DNA of 59,973 bases, counting the filler, from Sphacelaria rigidula (taxonomy: Eukaryota): assembly GCA_964200075.2 (NCBI GenBank). It is 8 parts of 8 records of this genome, joined end to end, with 100 filler letters (N's around TTAATTAATTAA, not from the genome) between each part and the next. Parts side by side here need not be neighbours in the genome. Positions count along the whole stretch, not along the records: positions 1 to 7,410 come from CAXNAA020015055.1; positions 7,511 to 14,920 come from CAXNAA020015056.1; 6 more parts are not named here. One strand, written 5' to 3'. The notes below the pieces were generated by a model. It saw nothing but the letters and a program-made list of their open reading frames with translations. It was not told the DNA's origin and ran no database searches. Each line of letters opens with the position of its first letter. The stretch's first letter is position 1. Positions 1-11,041 of the stretch are shown piece after piece. The translations under genes and the position numbers were made by a program.

Positions 1-2249
1 TCCGTCTCGAAAGGGATGCGTGGTCAATGGTCACACGACTAAGGCAAGCAACAAATGAGTACCCCCCCCCCAGCTTTTAGAGCCCGTATCGTCTCCGTCA
101 GCTGGAAATACCGCCAGTGACCAACCGCACTTTGGCATCTCTCATTTTTTCTCTCCATGGGAATCGAGATCAGAGGGCAGTCCAAAATTTTCAGCTGAGC
201 GTGCTACCTCCTACTGCGGAGATGAATGGTCAACAAGTATCATCAGACAAAACAACTTACCCTTACTAATATTATTTCGAGATAGCAGCAGTCGTTATAA
301 ATCACGTAGTTACACTGTGCAGTGCCCCGCAGCTTCCTATACCCTACTGAGATAACTAACATTTTACCGATTATCATCATGCAATCAACTGAGGCGGTGG
401 CGTCCCACTAGTTCCCGCACATATCGAGACGACTAACATATTTCATTAGTGACCATTCCAGCTGGGAAATGGTCCCCCGCGATCCACACTTAACAGTGAC
501 GAAAAAATTGGCGCATCCGTGCTGGGCTCGGCATACCATGTACACACGGCCTCAACACCAAAATGTAGGCTTATCCGCAGTCTCCTGTACCTCGCTGAGA
601 CCTCAACTCGAACGTTTTACCGAAATTATATTCCAGTTGAGTCAAGCCGTCGTGCTTCAATTCTTCCCGCACCTATCGTGACAACAAACAATTTTATCAT
701 CGACCAACCCGGCTAGGAGGCAGTACCCCCCAAACCTGCACTTGTCAGGGCGATCAAAAGCGGGATACAGCGGTGCTAAGTTCGGTAGTACCACGAGCAT
801 GGTCCTAATCCCGAAGTCCCTGCTGTGGAAATCCCGCTTTTGACAGTCTCGTCGTCCTGTTGAAACATGAGGAGCGTATTACAGTGCCGCAAAACGCATC
901 CCCGTCTGTATTGGAACACACTGATGGGCAACCACCTGCAGAGTACCGCGACCATCACGTTTCCTTCCTATAATGTCACGTAACTGTTTTGGATTCACCA
1001 ACGGAATCAATCCCATCGCCGCGCGGATCGTCATGGGGACTACAAGCACGTTGACGACATTCATAACCCCTACATCATCACACCAGTAACTAGCACGGTA
1101 CTCACGTTTGGGGCATGTGCTCCCCCGTGAATCTTGTGTACCCCTTCTCCGCACGCAATGTGAACGATGTCAGCTCCCTGGGCAGTCGTGTTGTCGCTGA
1201 GTGAGGACGGCGCTTTCGCGCAGAAAAATCCCCACAGGTGCCCCGGACCCCACATGGACCAGCTCCACTTCTTCAGGCTAGCCGAACCTCGTGTCTCGAC
1301 TGTTTGGTGCCGGGCCCCTCCTGATCCCGCGCCCGTGGTGGGGTGCGACCCGCCACATGCCTTTGCTCCCCCGCCCGCAGTGACCCTCGGCCATGCAGAT
1401 GGTGTCCTTTGCACTACATGGGAAACTTTTTACCCTTCGTGTTATCTACATTCCCTCTCAAGTCCGCGAACTCTGCTGAGGATAATGCATTCGCGGCAGC
1501 AGCTGGGTATGTGGCCGCGTCGTTCCTTCCTACGATTTTCGCGGATTGAATCGCGAAGAACCGGTTGAAGCTCTAGACTATTCGACTACTTCTTGGTGTG
1601 TGATCCGGTGGATCAGTTCGACGGACACGACTGTGACCGTCGATCGGAGGACACGGCTGGTGGCCCATCAGGTTTGGATAAAAGGGTACTCTTGTTGTTT
1701 GGTAGGTAAGGCAAAGAAGTGAACGAATGGGCATGGCCGCACATTCGGACATCAAGGAAAAAATACGCACTTCGGTCCCCGACACGCCAATTAGAGTAGT
1801 AAATGACGCCGCGTGTAACGGTAGAACAATCAACATAAATGCCTCACTACTGTATCCCGGATCCAGCACCGTGGACCCTACTGATTACTCCATTTAAAGG
1901 ATTATTCAGAATATATGCGCGTACGTGTCGCCGGGCTGTTGAAGTGATTTTGATTCTGTAGCGCCTGTCGCACTATCGATGCTGTGTGACTTATGCGCCG
2001 CCAATTTCATTTGGGGACCTTCTTCGTATTTGGCTCGCAGTACATGACTTGAGTTGAGAACCTCGAAGGTACAAAATACGGCTTATGCTCGACATGGCAG
2101 GCCGGGAAAATCTGCACAAGTGCTTGACCGTTCCCACGGGCTCTATATTACCTCACTCTACGCCGCGTTCGTTTGCCACTGGATCATCCACGATATGGAC
2201 CTGTGTTTTCAGACAGTTCAAGCTCGGTGCTGTTCTACAACACTCAAGC

Positions 2250-2480
2250 AATAGCTATCCCGGGATACTTACAAATGTGGGCTATCGCACACGTCAACGG
2301 TAGTACGTGGATCCTTGGATACCTCCGAGATAAGCCTACACTAAAACGTCTCAATACAATTTATCCCTGGATATCTCATCATGAGCGGTATCCCACAACA
2401 CTTCAGTACCTATCCTAAAATACCTCAGAGATATCTATACCCAAAACATCATTTCCGACGCCTATCCCAGCGTATCTTCA
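2250..2480. repeat. Degenerate ~52-bp minisatellite, 5 units (TATCCCnGGATACCT core)
   Basis: Cores at 2256, 2310, 2362, 2411, 2463. Confidence 0.55.
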
Positions 2481-4261
2481 TGGGTAAAGGTAAACACACA
2501 GGACTATCATCTGCTGGCTAAGCCCCCCCGCAGGTGATAGCTACAGCGGGCGCCCTACTGCTGAATCATCCGACGCGAGGATCAACACGAAAATGTCTAT
2601 CCTCCACATCAAGACAATAACCCGTCACAACAGTAAGATTTATGCTATTTCGACAAACGAATTCGCCCAAGCTTTGGAAGTACTCTGCTGTACAGCCCCG
2701 CCACCGCCGAACGGATGACAAGTCAGAAGGAAGCGAGATGTAACCAGAAAAATAGATCGGCTTGGATACACACGCTGCATTTCGCCACCGCCGGCACCTT
2801 GCAGGCAACATCTACATCCGGCGTCCCTCGCCGGGCGTCTCTACTACGGAACTATCGCCTAATGCAAGTAAACACGAGAACCCCGCCTGTCTCGACACCA
2901 ACATGAGCACCCGTCACAAAGACGATAGTCATCCTGGGAGAATGACGTCTTGTCATGCACAACCGATTGTACACTCCTCTTACGTCGCAAGGATTACACG
3001 AAGGACGAGCTCCAGGGAGGGCGTTTCAACTAAAGGGTGACATTGATCGCGTTCACCAGAACCCGCACCAGTGTTGACCTTCAACTGCGAGTGTAACACA
3101 TATGCGGGATGTTCGTGCCAAAAAAGCGCGGCGATAGAGCGGCGTACAACATAACCGTGCGGGCGAAGGCGGTCGGGGGAGGTACTCGACAGGAAAAAGC
3201 TGCTACCGGTGTCGTGGAATAATTATAGTTTTGATACGAAAATACACATTGAGGCAGTTCAGTGCGCAACGTTTGGTGTTTCCACACTGTCGTTCTCTCG
3301 CACAATTACTGCCACGACACCACCAACCCACCCACACGACTGATATGAGTCCCGAGTCCTGCCTCTTTTCACCCCTCTCGTGCCTAACCCTAGTCTCGTG
3401 AGGGGCTCGACTGAGGGAAGATGGGAATAAAAACAACGTCACCACTGAGGAATGCTCTGGGTTCTTTTGGTGGTCCTACACCCCAACAAGCAAACCGTAC
3501 AACAACTGGAGGCTTTGATCAACGACTTTCAAAAACAGACATCTTCATTTGTTAATTGTTTCAGCTGAGGGCCCCAAAACACGCAAATGTGCCATCTCGG
3601 AACTACTAAAAACGACTTTTTGCCGCAGTTTTCTCGAAACCAAAGAGATGAAACATAGTGCGGACATAGACGAGAAGCCCATGTGTACAGCTCTCGATCA
3701 AAACCCAACTCGTGATGTGAGTGGACGATTTTTCAACAAGAATTTCGGTGTAGACTAGTTCTGGGGCGATGATTACGGATATGACTTTTTTGTTGACTCT
3801 TGAGAAGAAGTTAGAGGGGGTACACGTTTTTTTCCCAAGAAGTTTAGCCACCATACCAGTCCCGTGGTATGCGTAGCAGCACACCACGATAGTCTGCAGT
3901 TCGCAAGATGCAGCGTGCAGTGCGGGCAGAACCATATTCTGCATTGGATTGTACTGGGCAGTCGGGGTACCCAAGATTAGCACTGATTACATGGAGTTTA
4001 ACACTTTGACCGCCCAGGTGGTCCTCAGATATAAGTCGCCGTTTTCACTTGAAAAAAGGCGAAATATCCAGATCACTCATTCTGGCGGTCCACGGGTTCA
4101 AGTAGGATTTGTCAAGGGTGTAAGAGAGTTCAAGAACATGGCAGACTTGAGGCCAGGACACATCAATGACAAAGTCAATCAACGCCAATTTTGGCACTGA
4201 TCGTCTACTCAACAGGGAGGAAGGTTGTGTGAGTTTCACACCCTGGACAACACAATATGTA

Positions 4262-5265
4262 ATACAAGGTTCCCCTTCATGAGGTTGGTACGGGCCTCCC
4301 GGGGGTGACGCAAGTCGAAAATATATGATTAACCCTAGACCGCGGTGCGCGTAGTCCGTCTGGATCACGCATACTATTTTAACGTGAAAATTGATGCCGA
4401 TTCAGCAGGTGACTTACCCTCGCGATCTGAGGGTCAAGAGAGGCTGTTATTTCTCAATGTACAGTAATGGCCGTGGCTGTACAAAACATGGCATGAGTGG
4501 ATGTCGGTCGGAAACATGTGAATTCGGACGGAGGCCGACGGCGAAACCGCCGGCGTTGGACATGTGTGGTATTTCCGAGGTGCCGGAGTGCAAAGTAGCT
4601 CTCGTGCCACAAAGACATGACAGCGGGAGGCACTATCGAAAAATTGGAATGCGTGGAACATTCTTGGCATGTTCTTTGTACATCACTGCGGCTTTCAAAT
4701 CGTCGGGCCTTTATTTAAAACTAGGTGATTGTGTCTTGCTCAATCCGCCAACGGCTCATTGCACGGTCTTGTGTTTGCTGCTGACTAAGGCCAAGGCAAT
4801 GTCCCATTATTTTCAACTGCTTTGCTCCCATGTTCTCGTGACACTGGCGGCATAATCGATGTGTTCGTGCTCCCAAATAAACGAGAACGCTGCAAAGAGA
4901 AACTCGAACTCAAATGAACGAGGAAAAATGCCCCGCAAAAAGTAATCTTGTTTGAAGATTTCCATGATCTTCAACAGGCTTTTTTTGTGGTTGGAGTTCT
5001 TGTGTCAAGTTTTCCATGATCTTGAAAAATCTCTTGTGGTTCGGGATCGACACCCCGCGAAAAAGGGCCAGTTGGAGCGACTTTCGGTGGCCAGAACACG
5101 CGCTACAGGTATCAGATGACACCCAAATCTGAACGGCCATGTACCACTGAGCCTTCTCAGTGCGCTGCAAAAGCAAGCACGGGGAAAAATACCTTGCCGC
5201 CAGAGAAAACTCGGCAAAAGTGGTGGGAATTATGAAATAATACATGTTCATGTATATATGTATAT
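4262..5265. mobile_element. ~1-kb dispersed repeat (unclassified non-autonomous element)
   Basis: Colinear with 50035-51120, from atacaag.ttcccctt to aaactcggcaaaagtggtg. Both copies are bordered by TA-rich tracts. Confidence 0.8.
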
Positions 5266-5279
5266 AAACGTTGCCCGCT

Positions 5280-5484
5280 CAATATGTCGACGTGTCGGGT
5301 TGTCAATATATATTGGGCGAGGAGCATGATGGCACGAGAGACAGGTCAATATATATATATAATATATTGTGTCGTCAATATGTCAAGGCTCACGACATGC
5401 AATATATACCCACCGAACAACGTATCAAGACACGCGCTACCTCAATATATATTGACCGAGTTATATGTTGGTGCGGTAAGGTGC

Positions 5485-5519
<35 letters not shown>

Positions 5520-6180
5520 CGAGTAATATATTAGCTGCCGCACGTGGTCAATACATATTGACAATTCAACATACTCAACACCCGGAACGCCAATATATAT
5601 CGCCATCCCAATATGTCGTGCATCAATGCGTCCAATATTTGGGCGAACAATACGCGGGGGAACCGACCATCACTACCTATTGGTGTAGCAATATATATTA
5701 GCGATTCAATATGTATATTGGAAAGTGTATGGGAGTGAGTATCGTGGGCAGTGCTATGTTCGCGGGCGCCGTTGAAGGATGTATTACCAGATGCCGAAAA
5801 CGCTCAATATATTTCTCCGCGACCGTGTCCACTATATGTTGGCCGCACAAAAGCTATGCGATGAGCGTGGGCAATACATATCGGAAAAACAAAACCTTTG
5901 CATGGTTTGTTTTCGATATATAGTGTGGCAACAATACGTTACTCATCGCTTCGACTCAAAACATGTTGACACTTGAATACATACACGGTCGGCATGCGCA
6001 ACATATATTGAACGTTCTGTTCCCGGAGCAAATGCATGCCCAATATGTATTGCCACGCAGTACTTGACGATCATGACACGAGAAATATGTCTTGTTGCTT
6101 CCATGTCTCTGACGGCATCTCAACACAATATATATTGAAAGGACAATATTTGCGCTATCGAAGATAATAAAGTATTGGTG
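5280..6180. repeat. Degenerate 42-43-bp phased array (palindrome CAATATATATTG, 6 bp, CAATATGTCG-like box, variable spacer)
   Basis: Palindrome starts at 5304, 5347, 5400, 5443, 5485, 5549, 5591, 5633 and 5830, 5872, 5914, 5957, 5999, 6041, 6083, 6126. Confidence 0.8.
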
Positions 6181-7410
6181 TCATATTGAAACTTATCGTA
6201 TTGTCCAGGGTGTAAGCAACACAGCACCGGTGACCAGCGGGGTACTAAAAGGCGCATATCGACCCGCGTTTTCTGCCGTCGTACTGTTTAGCCAAGATAT
6301 ACTACATACTGTGAAGGGGATGGGCGGCACCGCACCGGTGGCCAGATAAGTAGCCGAAGGAATGTATACCGGGTCGCCTCTTCTGTCACCATATTTTCCG
6401 GCCAATATATATATATATCAAACTCATTCGACAACTCTCCGTAGCCATGCACAACTTCTGCGGATTCCTTTTGAGATTTCGCAAGCTGCACGGGCTCGGG
6501 CATCCATCGCGTCTGGATCTTTTTCAAAGCGTACACAATACTTTTCATATCGCATGGCCTTCGAGGTTGGCGGGACCTTGCAGAGACGATGTCCCTACAG
6601 GACCACGATGTTGGCGATTGCCGTCTCAACGGCGTCCGGTACATGGATTGCCGCAACCGGTTGACGCGGCAAGACGACACAGTCCTTGTCCCTTGATCCC
6701 CACAACATCCCACAACTGCCCCCATCGTCCGGCCTTGTCGAACCACCACCACACCACTAGGGGTCGACCGACCAGCCTTACTAAAAAATGCGTCTATTTT
6801 ATGCTCTCTTTGACTGTTTTTTCGACGCAGACGGTTGCTTTGTGTTTTGTTATGCGGTGGAGAGACATCACGTGAGCAGTTGCAGATTCTCACTCTTTTC
6901 CTGGGCTTCTGGCATTATCTTGTTTTTGCTGAAATTTCGAATCCCCGTAACTTCCTTCTTTTTTCTTTTTTCTTTTCTGCTCACGGGATGTTCTGCATTT
7001 CGATGATAAAAAGCTGCTGTCAAAATTTCAGCGTCCGACTCTTAATATCACGCCGTGCGTCCTGAGCGAGATTCACACCTACTCTTGGCTGGCCCAGCTC
7101 GTATGCCAACAGCGAAGACAGCACAACAGTACGAACTGTACTGTAGACAAGCGAACAAGTGCGGCTTCACGAATTCCAATGCGTTTTTCGATCGAAAGCT
7201 TTCCATGTCGCTTGCACCCAACTCGCGAGAAATGAATGAATTCGCTCGATCAACTCCACTTCACTCTTTTTACGTTAACAGAATGTGCTAAGATTTGGGT
7301 AGACTTTTGGGATCGTGACTCAAACTGCCGAAAATTTTGGTACGAGCTGGGCCAGCCCAGAAACGGATTTAACCTGGCAGAGCAATATCTCATCACCGGA
7401 AACGAATTGG

Positions 7411-7510
7411 NNNNNNNNNNNNNNNNNNNNNNNNNNNNNNNNNNNNNNNNNNNNTTAATTAATTAANNNNNNNNNNNNNNNNNNNNNNNNNNNNNNNNNN
7501 NNNNNNNNNN
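7411..7510. other. Artificial contig linker (N44-TTAATTAATTAA-N44)
   Basis: 44 N, then palindromic TTAATTAATTAA (TAA in all six frames), then 44 N. Confidence 0.98.
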
Positions 7511-8112
7511 CATGAGTACACCCCCCCCCCCTGCGAACAAACTGTTTCCGCTGTGCGGTTGTTGGGTGGATATATTGCCCATTATGTTTTTCTTCTCCAC
7601 CGGCACCATCGTCAGCATCAACATCATCGCCATTACCATTATCACCGTTACCATCTCCATGTCAACTTCGTAACCGCAGGTCGTAGTCCGTTGTGCCGAG
7701 GATATATATTTTTCGACTCGTAACCCGCTGCGTGCACATGATGGAGGGCCTACATTTACACTGCTCGGGGGATATGTGGTTCATGGACCACAGCTGCGAC
7801 CCCAACTGTCGATGAGAGGTATTCCCAGCCTCCGGGACGCAGGCAAGTATTTGTGAAGGGCAGGTCAGGCTTGGTATACCCGATATTTTGGTGTATTGAA
7901 GAGGGGATATCCAACCTACGCCATGGCACAGCAGCCAGCCCAGCGCTGTTGCTCCCTTCTCTAAAGCCCATACAAGTCATTGTGACTGACCGGCTGGGCA
8001 GGAGATGTGCCACTTTTCAAAACATCAAGATATTGGGTACACCCCCTACCCGACCTGCTTTTGTATTTTTTGCAGCAGACAAAACTGCGGGTTAATGCAT
8101 GAGACCAGGCAA

Positions 8113-8686
8113 GGGGGTGGGGGGGTGCTCATGATCATGCATGTCATAGTCATAGAATCATTGACATCGCATCCCTACTAAGCCGGGATGGAGAACGCCG
8201 GGTTTTTGCCGGACCAGGCTCGCACTCAACCACCAAGCGCGAAACGCCGTGGTGTGTTCGGCGAGGCGCATGAAGGGTGAGCTGCATCCGGCTAAGATTG
8301 TTTAGCCCGAAGCCTATTAATTATCTTGCATTTGGATGACAGCCTGCAATGAGTTGCTTTATTTTCTGGCATCGCCACTTCCAGAGACTGTTACGGCTTA
8401 TACACTGCTTCACGGGTCTCTCACCATCGAAACACGACGTAGTACGATCATCCTCATTGTGCGGAGTTGAGATTCTCCCACGCCGCACAACATGATCTAG
8501 CTCGACTACCATGAAGGTAACCGCAAAAAAACGCAAGCGCGCAAAAAAACATCGGTAACCTGGTTGCCTAGCTTCCGCAGGGAGTGGCGTGTTTTAATAG
8601 CGTCATCGCTAACGACGCCAACCCCATCGGGAGTCCGCCCCTACAAAGCCGGGACGGAGCACTCCGGGTTCTCGCCGGACCAGGCT
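8113..8686. mobile_element. G-tract-anchored element, long form (~570 bp) with a ~49-bp direct repeat near both ends
   Basis: Starts GGGGGTGCTCATGATCATGCATG. CCCTACnAAGCCGGGAnGGAGnACnCCGGGTT..GCCGGACCAGGCT occurs at ~8172 and ~8638. Colinear with 51818-52368. Confidence 0.85.
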
Positions 8687-8851
8687 AGGCAGGCAGGGGG
8701 AGGAATTTCCTGTGACTGCTGCATGGACGGCCTCAAACGTTGCACGGACGGCCCGGTCTAGACCGAAGCAGAGCCCAGCACGTTGCGATATGTGCAGAGA
8801 TTCGGTGCAATGTTAAACTTGTGTTTCATTCTTCATTTTTCCACTACATCA

Positions 8852-9218
8852 GCCAGTCGCCCCCGTGGCTGAGTTGGTATCCACGACACCTTCTGACGGT
8901 TGGGTCGTGGCTTCAAATCTCGGAGCGATCTGGGATTTATTCTCACACAACGCCCAACAGTGGAGAGCGACTATGTCGTGGGTACACAAAATTTGACGTA
9001 ATGGTCGACGAGGGAAAGGGACTGCTGAACCCCTCACGCGATATAAAATGAAGGCCAGCACCGCAGAAGGAAGGTGCAGAACTAAAAACAAACAAGAAGG
9101 AAAAAAACTCCTGTGTTGGCCTTCCTCCTGTGTGTGACCCCGGCTGGTGCGCGCACATATACCGAAAGGTGTAGACCGGCGTCCAGAATAGATGGGACGA
9201 TAACACACACACACACAT
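8852..9218 (+). mobile_element. tRNA-derived SINE, full length with (CA)n tail
   Basis: A-box GTGGCTGAGTTGG, degenerate B-box, body homologous to 27690-28070, tail homologous to 46012-46096. Confidence 0.8.
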
Positions 9219-10897
9219 ATTGGGTGGCCCTTTTAATTGACCGGTTTATGTAGGGCCGATCGATCGCTATACGCCACCGGCGCAGTTTCGGTCCGCGAAC
9301 TAAGCCCGGGTCGGTCGGTCCTGTGAGAGGCCACCCATTGTAGTGTGCGCTTTGTCGTGGTACCTCTTGGCTGCCGAGGCCCCCCTGAACAAAAATGATC
9401 TACGACTATGAGCCTTGCTTTCGTTCATCTTACTCCCGGTTGCTTCGGCTTCGATAATTCAAGTGAGGGTTACCTTATGGTTTTCTGAATGCAGAAGCAT
9501 GCTCGGTCGTGTTGTGGTGCGCAGGTGCTGACGGCAGCAGATAGACGTGCAAAATATGGGTCACGACAGGTGCATCGTTACCTCCCGTCCATGAGCGGGA
9601 CAACTGTGTTTGCTGCTGTTCACGTCACGACGGTTCCTCGTGCAGGAGGTAAGGTGCGGGTGGGTTTGTGTTCGGGTACGTGACAGATGATTCAGTAGAA
9701 CTCGATTCGGCGTAGGTCAATACTGTTCGAATCTAAGCCACGCGGGCATGATGCAACGCAATCGTGTGGGTGATCGGGCACATGCTGTTCGGACCCAGCC
9801 TCTTTTGAAGAGACGGATGTGATGGGGCGGTGTGTGTCTCTTGTTCATTATCCCGCCTGCTTGGTAAGTGTCTTGGGACAAAATTCGAGCCGCATGATTG
9901 ACGAAGGGCTTGCTGCAATACATCGAAATGAACCTTGCTCCGTGACGCGATCTGGTCTTCGAATACTTGTTCTTGAATATTCAGTCACTGGTGCCCATGC
10001 TTGCTTTTTGAACGTTTGCCTGCTTTGCCGTGGATGTTTCCCTTCAACTCGTTAATAGGCACCAGGGAGGCAAGGGCAGCCTGCAAGGAAGACGGATCTC
10101 GCACGTTCGGAGCCGAAGAGTACAGTAGAGCCCGCAGCGTGTACCGGTCGAGTAATAGTTCCCCTCCGAAATCGATCCCCACGGATGCATCCGAACCCCC
10201 TGTCGGTAACCAGCCATGAGGTTGTCTGCTACGATGAGTCTCTCGAGAAATGGCATCGTTCTGATGTAGATCACGGAGCGGCGTGGTGCCGGAACAATCG
10301 GTGCAGCAGGATAACTATAATTGTATATAACTACTGTATACCTGTCGGATCCAATCCGCGATTATGACAAAGTGCAAGGCATGTACTGGGGGGAGAGATG
10401 TGTAACTCCTTCGATATCACGCGCGCATTTCGAAGATGGGGAGGGGTTGGAAGTGTGACAGGAAAAAAAAAAAAACGTGTATGCTTTCCTTGCCCTCGCC
10501 CTCCATCATACTATTTACGGAGGCACATTGTTATCGAGCGCAAATTTAATGTGTTTTTTTCGCTAAAAAAAAAGGAAAATGTGTTTGCGCAGTTATTTTC
10601 GTCGCTGCGAGAATGTCGCTGGGCTTGGTATCGACATGAAGAAAGTCACACAGCGCGATGATGATGCTTTTCATGGCATTAGATGAAAGGTAGCGATTGT
10701 AGCTTTCAGGTAATACAGGTTTATGGAGAGGGAGCACAACACAGCGTGTAGCAGGGGAGCAAATTAGGCACTTGAAAAGATACTTCATTTCACGGGAAAC
10801 GAATGTGAGGACCAATGACTGAGAATCATCCAGCAGAACTCGATTCCATGATACAGCTGACAACCCAGCGGTTTGCACCCACCAGCCAAATTTTCAA

Positions 10898-10939
<42 letters not shown>

Positions 10940-10967
10940 AATTAGTAGTAGTAGTTGTTGTTGTAAT

Positions 10968-11041
<74 letters not shown>
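10898..11041. repeat. Compound microsatellite (GTT)n/(TAG)n
   Basis: Read directly from the sequence. Confidence 0.97.

Noticed and set aside
400-3450. Retrotransposon coding remnants
   Set aside because: No gag, RT, RNase H or integrase motif could be recognised with confidence.
4910-5251. ORF apparently conserved with 50811-51080
   Set aside because: The similarity follows from the DNA repeat; two frames are open in both copies and no domain is recognisable.
5280-6180. True CRISPR array, or a 14-aa QYIL repeat protein
   Set aside because: Repeats are short and degenerate, the context is eukaryotic and there are no cas genes; 43-bp units and TA slippage break any reading frame.
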